From assembly GCF_004010195.1 (NCBI RefSeq), contig NC_057711.1, forward strand, positions 82,455,590-82,519,589: a stretch of DNA of 64,000 nt, written 5' to 3'. A program made the position numbers and the translations under genes. Shown here piece after piece: positions 27,065 through 39,790 of the stretch. Within the stretch, counting starts at the first letter, position 1. The number at the start of each line of letters is the position of its first letter. Below the pieces are notes generated by a model that was given only the letters and a program-made list of their open reading frames with translations, did not search any database and was not told the origin of the DNA. Source of the stretch: Chiloscyllium plagiosum. Taxonomy: Eukaryota.

Positions 27065-27270
27065 GCAAAAGTGAGGACTGTAGATGCTAGAGATTAGAGT
27101 TGAGAGTGCTGGTACTGGAAAAGCACAGCAAGTTAGGCAGCATCCGAGGAGCAGGATAATTGACGTTTTGGGTATTCCTACTGAAGGGCTTTTGCCCAAA
27201 ACATCGACTCTCCTGCTCCTTGGATGCTGCCTGACTTGCTGTGCTTTTCCAGCACCAGCACTCTCAACTG
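27065..27270. mobile_element. PLE-terminus-derived fold-back insertion with 11-bp TSD
   Basis: TSD tgttagaacaa at 27054-27064 and 27271-27281; inverted arms. Confidence 0.82.
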
Positions 27271-27274
27271 TGTT

Positions 27275-28170
27275 AGAACAACTTAGGAGATACAGCATGG
27301 AAGAAGGCCATTGGGCTCAAGCATGGTTTAAGTTGCAATTGAGCATCATTTTTCATCTAAATCTACCTTCAAAAACTTCTATTTCCACTTCCCTCAGAGG
27401 CTTAAGTAGTTTCCCCTTATATATGTGTACACTGTTCACTTCAACCACATCCTGTGAGAGGAGGTTGCACACTCTCACCACTTTTTGGGTAAATAAGTTT
27501 CTTATGAATTCTATCTCATATTGAAAGCTTCTAGTTATGTTCTTCTCTGTGAGAAATAATATTCTCTTTGTATTCACTCTATTAAAATCTTTCAGAAGTT
27601 TAAAGACCTCCATTAGGTCAGCCTTTCGTTATCAAGAAAACCAATTTCTGATATCATATTTGTAAATCTTCTCTGCAATCTGCAATACCTCTCTAGCCTT
27701 TTTATTACATGACAACCAGAAATGTATGCAATGCTCTAATCAAATTTCAATACAGTTTTATCACACTTACCCAATTTTTAATACTATTATCTAAAAATAA
27801 GATCTAGTGCCTGGTTTTCATTTGTTATGGCCTAGTTAACCTGTAACATTATTGTTAGTGATTGCTGTATTTGTATATGATCTACATTGCTCGTCTACAC
27901 AAACTAGAACTACCTGCACCTCCCAAGTAATATGTGACCTCCCTATTCTCCCTCCAATTTATTAGTGTTGAAACGCACTTGTCATTCATTGAGCCATTAT
28001 TTGAGATTTTTAAAGTCCACCTGTAATTTGTTCCAATCATCATCAGTATTGTCTAATTCCTCCACAGCACTAACCCTAGCCTAACACCAATTAGGTGTCA
28101 TCCACATACTTAGAAATTGTGTTTTTGACTCCAAAGTCCAAACGGTTAATGAAATTTGCAAGTGGTTCCA
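27275..28170 (-). mobile_element. Old CR1 fragment
   Basis: Reverse ORF EVFKLLKDFNRV...RNLFTQKVVRVCNLL. Confidence 0.7.
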
Positions 28171-29003
28171 TGTCAAACAAAGTAGTGTTAGGAGCTTAAA
28201 ATTGGCTTCTGTATTTGCATTACAGAAAGCACATTTGGTTGGGGAAGGGGCAAAAATGGTCAACAACTCCGTGAATGTTATTTCTTTTCTCATTATTTTT
28301 TACAAACTAATTTTAGTCAAAATTATCAGCCATATCTTCAGGACTCTGTCCTTAGCATCAAGAACAGAAATTGGATAAACAAATATGGAAGTAAGGTTTT
28401 TCGGCCCTGATTTCCCAACATTGGACAACAAACTGTAAGAACTTTTTGAATCAGTCCCACTGATTCACCACTTGCATGCCAAATCCCAGTCAAAATTAAT
28501 GCACATAACTAATGTGCAATCCTAGGTTTAAAACTGCTATTTGCCCAGAAAATGGCAGTAGACCTTTAATAAGTAAAGTTCATTTGCAATTCAAATCATA
28601 TGCCAGTCAATAGGCAAAGACATAGACACATGTCCAGCATTACATTAACTATAAATGTCCATCAGCTCCAGTTGGGTAAGAATTAAGATTTAATTGCCAA
28701 CTTGCAATGTTTATATAAAGGGAAAAGGTAAAACTAATGAATTTTGGAAACAAAGTATTATAAATGTGATATATTTGTCAAAGCCAATGGAAACTACAAT
28801 GACTATAACTGATACAAACTTCCTTCAATAAATGCAAATTTCTAATGCATTTTAAACATAATGAAAATAACTTAGAATACTTATCATGTAAGCAGTGAGA
28901 AGAGGGTAAAAATAATTTATAAATAAAATAAGGAGAGAATAAAGAAAACATAAAAAAAATTAATTCATCTGTTAGATTTATTTTAAACCAACAGTAGAAT
29001 TAC

Positions 29004-29204
29004 CTGTGTTTCCTTTTTCATCTTCTCTGATATGAATGTCTTTGCTGGTGCTCTGTAACTCCAAAAGGTCCCTTAACTCTTCTTTATACACTTCAATATA
29101 GGATACTTTAACATTAAAGTCTACATTGTGATTTTCAGTGATGTTCTGGAAGATCTCATGAATGGCACGTGGAATAATGCCTTTCAACTCATCAGAAAAT
29201 GAAG
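29004..29204 (-). CDS. KIF27: KIF27 coding exon 2
   Basis: (A)SFSDELKGIIPRAIHEIF...VSYIEVYKEELRDLL...IREDEKGNT. Acceptor ttaaag, donor G|gtaatt; 201 nt, frame consistent with flanking exons. Confidence 0.96.
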
Positions 29205-31534
29205 CTTTAAGTCGTAAAAAAAACTTATAAATTTTTAGCACAATGCATTTAATCAGTCAACTATTTAACATGATCCAACCTTTCTTTTCCAAATTATACA
29301 TAACTATAGTGCTGCTCTGCAAAAGGTACATTGGTGAGGGCAAACAAGTTGATGTAAAATGTACATAGTGCAGGGGGATATCTACTCTGGATCTTCTGTT
29401 ACAGAAATATATGACATAGAAGTGATGCCATGCTTGCAGATGGCACATGAAAAATTGTGCTTGGAGCTGTGATTTGCAAGTCTAGAAATTGAGTTGTTTG
29501 TGGAGTAATTTCTTAAACTCTACTTCCTGCAAATACCAATTTGAAGAATGGCCATTTGCAAAACTGTCATTGGATTATAGATTTTACCATGGAAGGAGGT
29601 GTTCATGCTCTAAATTGTTAAGCTCATGTACAGTCCTGAAGACTGTAAGGTTCCCAAGTGGAAGATGAGGTGCTATACATCCAGCTTGCGTCAAGCCTCC
29701 CTGCAGCACTGTAGTAAACCTGAGCCAGCAACGTTTGCATGGGAACATGACAATGTTTTGAAGTGGCAGACAAGTGGAAGCTCTGGGCCATTTTTAGAGA
29801 ACATAGGTGTTCAACAAAGCAGTCCCCAATCTGTATTTTATCTCCCCATTGTAGAAGAAACTATTGAGAACAGTGAATACAGAAGACTAAACTGAATAAG
29901 ATGCAGATAAATCGCTGCTTCACCTGGATTGTGGAGATGGGAAGATAGCATTGAACCCCCTCACCATCCTCATGCCTGACTAATTACCCTCTTGCAACAA
30001 AACCCACCATGGGGTAGGACGCAGGATACTGCACGAAGAGAAGACTAACATATTATTGCCCTAAAATAGGGCATATGAAAGCCAACTGCTGGGACTGAGT
30101 GCTAACCTAGTGGATTTCATGGGCATGTCTTGTGTATCTCCACAAAATATTGTACCAGTAAGTAAAGCTGGAGACAAATTGATACTCAACTCAACACACA
30201 CCATGGTCCTCCATACCCTCCAAACAAACTCTCTCCCAACTTATGCTCCCTCACAGTCCCCTGCGCCTCCATAGCCACTCACCCAGTATTTACTGTACGT
30301 AGAACTCAAGAGCCATGCAGAGATGACAAAAAAGCTCTTAACAATTTAATATGGCATAAATTGATTCCTTATTAATTATTACACTATTAATCCATTTAGA
30401 GCTTTTAAATCTCAAATAGTTAATCTCTTATAAAGATAAACTACTATTCAGAGCCCACGTTTTTAAGCTGTTAGTCAAGCTATGAACCTTTGCTGAGATA
30501 ATGATAGCTTTTGAAACTCAACCAAAGATACATAATGACATAATAGCCCTTGGAGATATGTCAATGAAGAGCTCTATTGAAACTGTACAGGCAAATATGA
30601 ATTTTATTTTCTAACATAACAGATGGCCTCTGTCAGATAAACCAATCCAGCAGAGGGTTTTTTTTTTAAACTTTCGCTGACAGCTACAATCTCCTTTCAT
30701 ATAATGCTTAAAGAACATTAAAAGGGCTCTTAAAAATCTTCAGATCATGACACTTAAATGGACCTTAACCATGCTCCGAAGTGTTTATATCTGATCAATT
30801 AATTTATAACTGCCACACTGTAGGGCAAGGCCCTTACAACAACCAAAATAGGATTCTTTTGAACCCAACTCAGCAGTCCCATTTGAAATTAGTGCTAAGG
30901 TTTCTCTCCTGTATGACTCACATTGTGCCCCTTATCCCTGCCGACAAAAATTGGATCAGATGAAAATGAGGGTGGGACTATATCCTGAAGCTGTAAATTA
31001 TTTTTAATGTCCACTTATACTTCCCGATTTTACTGGAATCCAACCCAGAACCGCCTTCAAAACCTCTGACAAAGATTTTCCAGAAATTGCCACTACAAGA
31101 AAACAAAGGAATGGAAATAGGCCCTTTCATCCTTCAAGTCTCCTTTAACATTCAATGGTTAGGTTGTGTATTAACTCCTTTCGTCTTGCAACACTTTTAC
31201 CCCACATCCTTTATTTTGATTTATAAACATCTACCAGTCACAGTTTTAAATGTAATAACTGATACAGCATTAAATAAATAAGTGTGTCAAGCTTCGACCA
31301 TGGTTTTGTTTCCTAATTTAATTCTTGAAAGATCTAGCTCTAATTTTAGACTATTTCAATTTTAGGCCTAGATTGACAAACCAATGGATACCAAGTAGAT
31401 TTATTCCCTTTGTTCATTCGATAGGCCACAACAACATTTATTTCTTCTATGGGAGCTGCTTATAGATGCCTGCCTATGCTGCACAGAAAGATAAGAAACT
31501 TTAGGTGGGAGATTTTTGGCACTCAGATACATTA

Positions 31535-31745
31535 GGAGAAAGTGAGGACTGCAGATGCTGGGGATCAGAGCTTAAAAATGTATTGCTGGAAAAGCGCAGC
31601 AGGTCAGGCAGCATCAAAGGAGAAGGAGAATCGACGTTTCGGGCATAAGCCCTTCTGAAGAAGGGCTTATGCCCGAAACGTCGATTCTCCTTCTTCTTTG
31701 ATGCTGCCTGACCTGCTGCGCTTTTCCAGCAATACATTTTTAAAG
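31535..31745. mobile_element. PLE-terminus-derived near-perfect hairpin insertion with 12-bp TSD
   Basis: 84-bp arms (31572-31655 and 31660-31743) with one mismatch and a 4-nt loop. TSD tcagatacatta at 31523-31534 and 31746-31757. Hammerhead core CTGAAGA...GAAACGTC at 31655-31682. Confidence 0.9.
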
Positions 31746-31939
31746 TCAGATACATTACACTGGGATTGAACTAGACTACCACAATTCAAAACATGCATTA
31801 ACGTTAGTGTGGTTTACGTTTAACATACTGTCAATAATTATCAAATAGATATTACACAGTAATGTGGTATAAAATGAGGCATTTTATAACAGTTACAAAG
31901 CAAATGGACAAAGAAAATATTTTCTTTAAAAAAACTTAC

Positions 31940-32237
31940 CTATATGTCCTCCACCAATTGTATATGTTTTTCCAGATCCTGTTTGTCCATAAGCAAAGAC
32001 AGTGGCATTATAACCTTCAATTACAGATATCACTAAAGGTTTTACACAGGCAGAATATACGTCTTCTTGGGATGATTTTTGTCCAAATACGAAATCAAAT
32101 GTAAAAGCACGATCTTTCCCAATCACAACTTGCTGTGTGTTGGGAACAACCCGAACACAAACTTGATGGTTGTGGAGGATTTCTTTCGGAAGCAGAGGTC
32201 GAATCCGTACAGCTACTTTGACTGCAATCTCTTCCAT
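31940..32237 (-). CDS. KIF27: KIF27 first coding exon (kinesin motor N-terminus with P-loop); full exon 32332-31940 includes 5'UTR
   Basis: Translates MEEIAVKVAVRIRPLL...GYNATVFAYGQTGSGKTYTIGGGHI, matching vertebrate KIF27. Acceptor tttttcttcccaag precedes 32332; donor G|gtaagt at 31939. 298 coding nt, phase 1. Confidence 0.96.
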
Positions 32238-32679
32238 TTTAGCAAGATTAAAATGTTTGATGCAACAACGTATTGTTTTATTTTTGAGCTTCTTTGAAAG
32301 TCATCTTTAGTCCAAGTTCCACAGTGAGTACACTTGGGAAGAAAAATGTTAGATTTCAACTTACGAATTTTTTTAAAAACTGCATTTTGAAGAATCTGGT
32401 ACTGTTTAATAAGGGAACAGATCTGGTAGACAGGATAGGAAGTACAGTGCAGATGAGTTTTCAGAAAATCTTAGAAAGTACACCATAGAGCAGACTGCTA
32501 GAGACAATTTAACAGGAGACTGTTGGAGACAACAACAAGGGGAGAGTCCAAGTTGGAATAAAACATTCCTGCAGGGAGAGAACAAGAAGCTAGAATTAAA
32601 GATAGATTTTCTTTTAAAAAATGGCTCGAATTAAGCACAGATGTCACACAGGGATCTGTTATAGAGTCACAAAGTAATA

Positions 32680-32778
32680 CAGAGTCGAAGAGTGTGGTGC
32701 TGGAAAAGCACAGCCGGTCAGACATCGTCCGAGGAGCAGGAGAATCGACGTTTCGGGCATAAGCCCTTCATCAGGAAA
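32680..32778 (-). mobile_element. PLE terminal fragment with an intact hammerhead core, inserted in a CR1 tail (CR1 about 32660-33105, minus)
   Basis: Minus strand reads TTC-CTGATGA-A-GGGC(TTAT)GCCC-GAAA-CG-TC-GAT (core 32774-32747). Confidence 0.75.
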
Positions 32779-34463
32779 GACAGCATGGAAACAGGGCCTT
32801 TGGCCCAAACTGGTCCCTGTTGACCATGGTGTCCACTCAGCTAGTTCCAACTGCCTACATTTGGTCAATATCCCTCTAATCCTTTCCCATTCATGTACCT
32901 ATCCAAAACATTTTTTAAATTTTGCTATTGTGTCTGCCTCAATCACTTTCTCTGGCAGCCAATTCCATACACGCACCACTGTCTGCATGAAGAAGTTGGC
33001 CCTCAGGCCCAATTTAAATCTTTCCCCTCTCACCTTAAACCTATGCCCTCTAGATTTCAATTCCCCATCCATGGGAAAAAGACGACTATATGCATTCCTA
33101 TGTCCACATTTAGTAGATTTGTTTATCAATCATTAGATTAGAAAGCTGTCCATGACTGGGCTTAGATGGAAGCAGGTTCCATCCATCCCACAGTCACTTT
33201 TACAGAATGGTGGGGCAAGGTTGGAGCAGGTCCATCTATCCATATGCCAACTTAAGATGAACTAAAGGAGATCGATAGAAATTTTCCAGTCAGCCTCTAG
33301 GTTTCTCTGGCAACAGGGCCAGTTTAGTTACCCAGAGGCAGCAGGGCCAGACCTCTGCCTGTCCACTTGGATAAAGCAGCAGTCTCAAAACATTTTGTAT
33401 AGGAATCCTCCTACCCTGGCCACAATGGTGTAATTTTTAATTTAAACTTAAATTGCTTGCGAGAGGAAATCTCCATTTTGAAGCACCCTTTCCCTAAGTT
33501 ATCTTCTATTGATTCCTGCTGCTGTTTTTATGCTGGACAGCCACTGATAGGTTCTCCAGAGTCAAGAGCCCACCTGCCACCCTTAACTGGGTGCTTGTCT
33601 GCTCTTTGGCCATTAATTGGCCACTATGGAGAAAATCACGTTGAATACGACTTCTCCACATAATGCAGGCTTTCAGCCTCCACTTCAGCCCGAATGAATG
33701 TCCAGAGAATGTCCATATCAGCATTTATGAATCATTTGAATAAATGGTTGTATGAAGAAAGAATAAATTGGCATGGGTACAGTGTCAAAAATAGGCAAAT
33801 GTGTAAGATAAATCACCAAAGAAGGCTGTTTGAACCAAATGATCTACTTCCCTTTCTACGAAATTGAATTCATTTTTAGATAGTTACTGTAGTTCATTTG
33901 TTTGGTTACAAGGAGTAGAGTACAACAGTAAACATTGAAATTATTCAAACAGACTTAAAATATGTAAAACTTTGCCTTTGTTAAATTGCTGAACAGCAAT
34001 GTTTCAAATGATTTGTGACCTACAATGGCCTTTGATTGATGTCTTTACACCTCAGGGAATTAATGTGGTGGTGATCATGTGCATACTGCTGCCATTGTTC
34101 CATCCAAACCTGACAAGAAAAAGAAATATTACCATTAACCTAAAGATTGTCCAAAGTAATCATGCAACTGTGGCTAACCTGAGAAGTTCAAGAAAGGATT
34201 ATACTAAAAGAAGAATTGTCTTTTTAAGTTGGCAAGTATGAGGATAGGGAGGGTTTAATAATTCAGTGAAGATGACCAAGCTTATGTTAAAGAGGAAGAA
34301 AATAGGCAATAGACACAACAGAGATTGTGAAAGTTTCTGTAACTATGTAAAAAGAAAATGATTAATAAAAGTAAATGTGGGAACCTTAGAAGAAGTGGAA
34401 AATTATAACCACAAGACTGTAAAGCCATAAAACATAGAAACGGAAATAGGCCACTCAACCTAT

Positions 34464-35778
34464 CAAGATTAGAGTGGTGCTGGAAAGGCAGGTCAGGCAG
34501 CATCTGAGGAGCAGGAAAATTGACATTTCGGCCAAATGCCCTTCATCAGAAATGAGGCTGGGAGCCTTGGGGGTGGAGAGATAAATGGGATGTTCTCTGA
34601 AGTGCTCTGCGAGTAGGCGTCCAGTCTCCCCAGTGTAGATGAGACCACACTGGGAGCAACAGATATAGTAAATGACATGTGTGAAAGTGCAGGTGAAACT
34701 TTGACGTATGTGGAAGGCTCCTTTGAGGCCTTGGGCGGAGGTGAGTGCAGGGGTTTTGCAATTCCTGCGGTGGCAAGGAACAGTGGGTTGTTAGGGGATG
34801 TGGACCTGACCAGGTAGTCGCAGAAGGAACTGTCTTTACGGAAAGCGGATAGGAATGGGGAGGGAAATATATTTCAGGTGGTGGGGTGCGTTTGTAGGTG
34901 GCGGAAATCACGGAGGAAGATGCGATGTAAGCAGAGGTTGTGAGGTGGAACATGAGGACTGGGGAGTGTTCTGTCCTTGTTGCGGTTGGAAGGGTGGGGT
35001 TCCAGCATGGTACCCCCATGGGCCCCAGCTATACCTGTCAGCTATGTGGAACACTCTATCTTCTGGAGTTACACCGGCACCACTCCCCACCTTTTCCTCC
35101 ACTACACTGATGATTGCATCGGCGTCACCTCGTGCAAGTCGAACAGTTCATCAACTTCACCAACACATTCCACCCTGACCCTAAATTCACCTGGACCATC
35201 TCTGACACCTCTCTCCCCTTCCTGGGCCTCTCCATCTCCATCAATGGTGACCGACTCAACACTGACATGTTCTACAAACCCACCGACTCCCACAGCTACC
35301 TGGACTACACCTCCTCCCACCCTGCCTCCTATAAAAAAATGCTATCCCTTATTCCCAATTTCTCTGTCTCTGCCGCATCTGCTCCCAGGAGTGCAATCCC
35401 ACTCCAGAAAATCTCAGATGGCCTCCTTCAGCAAAGACCGTAATTTCCCCTCCCACGTGGTCAATGATACCCTCCAGCGCATCTCATTCACTTCCTGAAT
35501 CTCCGCCCTCGAACCCCATCCCTCCAAATGCAACAAGGACAGAATCCCCCGGCCCTCAGCCTCCACCCCACCAACATCCGGATACATCGCGTCATCCTCC
35601 GCCATTTCCGCCAACTACAAACAGACCCCACCACCAGAGACATATTTCCCTCCCCACTCCTATCTGCGCTCTCAGCCTCATTCCTGATGAAGGGCTTTTG
35701 CCAGAAACATCAATTCTCCTGCTCCTCAGATTCTGCCTGACCTGCAGTGCTTTTCCAGCACCACACTCTCAACTCTGT
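34464..35778. mobile_element. PLE with internal inversion: minus-strand 3' part (about 34464-35005) joined to a plus-strand RT-to-pLTR part
   Basis: RT remnants (FLHYTDDCIG, FYKPTDSHSYLDY); pLTR ends at both outer sides in opposite orientation. Confidence 0.82.
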
Positions 35779-35964
35779 TGCACCTAGTCAAAAACAATAA
35801 ATTCAAAATATTTTCTGTATCAAGGATTATGCCTCAGTAATAAGAATAACATTTTCCTTTTGGTTAGCACATTCTGTTATACATTATCTCACTGTCATTA
35901 CATTCTGAACAACAGACAGTGTCCTCAGAGCCATCAGTACATCATTTCTTGTCTTTCTCACCAT

Positions 35965-36200
35965 CTGTCCAATATTCCCACCTCCATCCACCTATTGTAC
36001 TCTCAGCTACCTTCTCCCCAGCCACACACCCCTCCCATTTATCTCTCCACCCCCAAGGCTCTCAGCCTCATTCCTGATAAAGGGCCTTTGCCTGAAACAT
36101 CGATTTTCCTGCTCCTGGGAAGCTGCCTGATCTGCTGTGCTTTCCCAGCAACACTCTAATCTTGACTCTGATCTCCAGCATCAGCAGTACTCACTTTCGC
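35965..36200 (+). mobile_element. PLE 3' terminal fragment
   Basis: pLTR with a degenerate hammerhead motif (cctgataaagggcctttgcctgaaacatc) and the shared tail. Confidence 0.75.
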
Positions 36201-36682
36201 CTATTCAACCTATCAAGTTTGCTCCACCATTCAATCAGATCCTCTTTGTATCATCCTCACCATTTGCCTTCCCACTTATTTTTGTGTCATCCACCCACTT
36301 GGTTTCAATATATTCACTTTCCTCATCCAATTAATATATATTGTAAATAATTATGGGCCTAGTGCTGATCCCGGTGGTACACTTCCCGTTATAGGTTGCC
36401 ATCTTGAAAATCACAGTGAATAAGGAAATAGTGGAAAGATTAATTGTTACTTTGTATCTATCTTCACAGAAGACATAAAAACATAGCAGGGAACCAAAGG
36501 TTTTGCAATAATTAGAAACTTGGAGATAGTATTATTAGTAAGGATATTGTGCTGTATAAATTGACAGAACTTCAAATCAACAAGTTACTTGGGGTTAATG
36601 GCCTGCATCCCAAAACATTGAAAGAAGAAGCTACGCAGATAATGGATTCATTGATTTTATTCTTCTAATAGTCCCTAGTTTA

Positions 36683-38317
36683 TCAGAATTCTTAGCAGAA
36701 GCAGTAATGCAGAGACTCGAACCAACAGTCCTGCCTAAGATCCTGCCTAAGATCCAACCCAATCTATGTGGATGACATCTTTATCATTATGAAACGGAAC
36801 AAATTAAAGGAAACCTACAAGATCATTAACAACATCCTTACTGGCATAAATTTCACCAAACAGGAAGAGAACAACAACAGACTCCCTTCCTAAATGTCAC
36901 AGTGGAACAAACAGTCAATGCAGAACTGCGTACCAGCGTCTACAGGAAAGCAACACACACAGACCAGATACTCAACTACAGGAGCATTCATCCCAACACC
37001 CACAGAGCTTCATCAGGACACTATTTAAATGAACCACAACACACTTCAGCACTCAGGAATTACGAGCAGTAGAAGAAAAATACCTATACAGCGTATTCAA
37101 GAACAACAGGTACCCGATAAACACAGTCCGCCGATTCTAAACAACTAACCCAAACAAGAAGACANNNNNNNNNNNNNNNNNNNNNNNNNNNNNNNNNNNN
37201 NNNNNNNNNNNNNNNNNNNNNNNNNNNNNNNNNNNNNNNNNNNNNNNNNNNNNNNNNNNNNNNNNNNNNNNNNNNNNNNNNNNNNNNNNNNNNNNNNNNN
37301 NNNNNNNNNNNNNNNNNNNNNNNNNNNNNNNNNNNNNNNNNNNNNNNNNNNNNNNNNNNNNNNNNNNNNNNNNNNNNNNNNNNNNNNNNNNNNNNNNNNN
37401 NNNNNNNNNNNNNNNNNNNNNNNNNNNNNNNNNNNNNNNNNNNNNNNNNNNNNNNNNNNNNNNNNNNNNNNNNNNNNNNNNNNNNNNNNNNNNNNNNNNN
37501 NNNNNNNNNNNNNNNNNNNNNNNNNNNNNNNNNNNNNNNNNNNNNNNNNNNNNNNNNNNNNNNNNNNNNNNNNNNNNNNNNNNNNNNNNNNNNNNNNNNN
37601 NNNNNNNNNNNNNNNNNNNNNNNNNNNNNNNNNNNNNNNNNNNNNNNNNNNNNNNNNNNNNNNNNNNNNNNNNNNNNNNNNNNNNNNNNNNNNNNNNNNN
37701 NNNNNNNNNNNNNNNNNNNNNNNNNNTGGTAGCCCACAAACCTATCAACACACTGAAACAGCTACTGATGACCCTAAAGGACCCTGTATCAACAACCAGC
37801 AAAATAAATCTCATTTACAAAATACCCTGCAAGGACTGAAACAAACACTACATCGGACAGACTGGCAGGAAATTAGCCACCAGGATACACGAACACCAAC
37901 TAGCCACCAAAAGACATGACCAGCTATCATTAATGTCTTTACACACAGACAAAGAAGGACACTGCTTTGACGGGGACAACACATCCATCCTCAGACAGGC
38001 TAAACAGTGACATGCACGGGAATTCCTAGAGGCCTAGCATTCAAACCGGAACTCCATCAATAATACATAGATTTGGACTCCACCATTGGACCCCATTTAC
38101 TAATCTCTGGGAAAAGAACTGGAAATGATATCACCCACCTTAAAAGACCAAGACACATAAATAGAAAGTGGGACAAAACACAAGCGCATCAATGGACACT
38201 CACTGTTGATGTTACCTAGCGTGGTGATGAAACGTCTGAGAATGAACCTACCAGCTCAGCGACCAAACTTACAACCTGAACCTCAACCCGAGTTACATAT
38301 CTTCTCAAAAATTGCAC
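36683..38317 (+). mobile_element. PLE (second family): RT and GIY-YIG remnant; spans an assembly gap
   Basis: YVDDIF, VYRKATHTDQILNY, IYKIPCKD, YIGQTGRKLATRIHEHQ. Flanked by tccctagttt repeats (possible TSD). Hammerhead-like motif 38199-38240. Confidence 0.88.
37165..37726. other. Assembly gap (N run)
   Basis: Run of n. Confidence 1.
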
Positions 38318-39029
38318 TCCCTAGTTTCTAAAACCCCACTGGAGGTTTGTTCCACTTATGTGAAACAACATCACTGTAAAAACTGTTAATATAAGACAGG
38401 CAGAAAGAAATCCAATAAGAAATTCAGAAAAGAATTCTTAACCCAAAAACATGGTAAGCATGTGGAATTCACTTCCACACGGAGTAGCTGAAGTGAATAT
38501 TATGGGTGTGTTTAAGGGGAAGCTAAACAAGCCTATGAAGAAGAGGGAATTAAACAGTTATGATGATAGATTTAGTTGAAGGAAGATGTCAAAGAGCTCA
38601 TGTGATGAATAACTGCCAACATGGACTGGTTGGGCCAGATGGCCTGTTTCTGTGTCACGTGTCCTCTGTAATATTATGTAAAATATATTGGGGCAGGATA
38701 GAGCAACAATTAAAAACCATGTGGGATACAATTATGATCTTGCTATCAGAGAAGATCTGCTGAGTTTCTCCAGCATTTTCAGTTTTTATTTCAGATTTCT
38801 AGCAACCACGATATTTGGTTTTATTTTCTTTGTAATTTCCAGTTTGCTGATATTTGTGCACTAGCTGCAGAATCAGAGCTAGTCATGCAGCATAATAGAC
38901 TTGTTTACAACACATGTTCACAACATCAGTGTACAAAATAAAGTGAAGTTATGAGCCAGCCTGTTCCAGAAAGCCCCATCTCGAGCCTAAAATTTCAGCC
39001 TATGACCAGAAAATATAATTTGCAAACTC

Positions 39030-39790
39030 TCTCAAACTGTGTCTATTGATGACAGGGTACAAGCAAGATTACCAAAGCAAGTGTAGCCTTCAGTAGATTT
39101 TGAACGAAAAGGAATAAGTGTGCCCATCAGACTGAAAACCTATTGAGCATTAGTTCTGTCCACTATGCTGTGACATGCGAGATCTGAACTATGTACCTGC
39201 ATCACACTAAACTCGTTTACTTGACCTGCTTTGGAAGCTTCATCATATTGAGACAGTAACAAGTGAGGTGGACTGTTCATTCATCCAGGAGAAAGGACTG
39301 CAGATGCTGGAGATCAGAGCAGAAAAGTGTGTAAAGCAGATCAGGCAGCATTCAAAGTACAGGAGAGTCGACGTTTTGATCAAAAGCCCTTCATCAGGAA
39401 TATTCATTCGTCCAGAATGACTAACACTCATTTATTAAAACAAATCTTGAATGGAAAGTCTGTAATGTTTGTAATAGCAATGGAAGCACAATATGGAAAC
39501 ACTGAGGTTTTGCTTGGGAATTTTGATATTGATTCTAGGTTCTAGAAGAAAATTGATCAGGAATGCTGTGCCTGACATAATTAAATAAGAAATATGCAGA
39601 TTCATTTGAAAGCTAGTACATATCAAAGGCCAAAAGAAATGCAAGGACCAGAAATTCTCAGCCAGCTGCTTGTCCAGAACTCAATCATCTTCAGAATCCT
39701 GTTCTATTTGCAGTAGAAACTTCCAGGCACAGCTTGGCTTTAGCAGTCACTTACATACTCACTAGAACTTATCAATATCCAAGACGATAT
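39030..39790 (+). mobile_element. Possible RTE-like LINE 3' remnant with a nested PLE terminal fragment (about 39287-39402)
   Basis: Highly degenerate RTE-like C-terminal translation (IDDRVQARL..ASVAF; LKQIL); family assignment uncertain. Confidence 0.4.

Noticed and set aside
25597..32237. KIF7 rather than KIF27
   Set aside because: The N-terminus MEEIAVKVAVRIRP, the motifs GGGHI and SERVTKTGNTGERFKESIQIN, and adjacency to C9orf64 fit KIF27.
37084..37814. 217-225 aa ORFs
   Set aside because: Artefacts of translating through the N gap.
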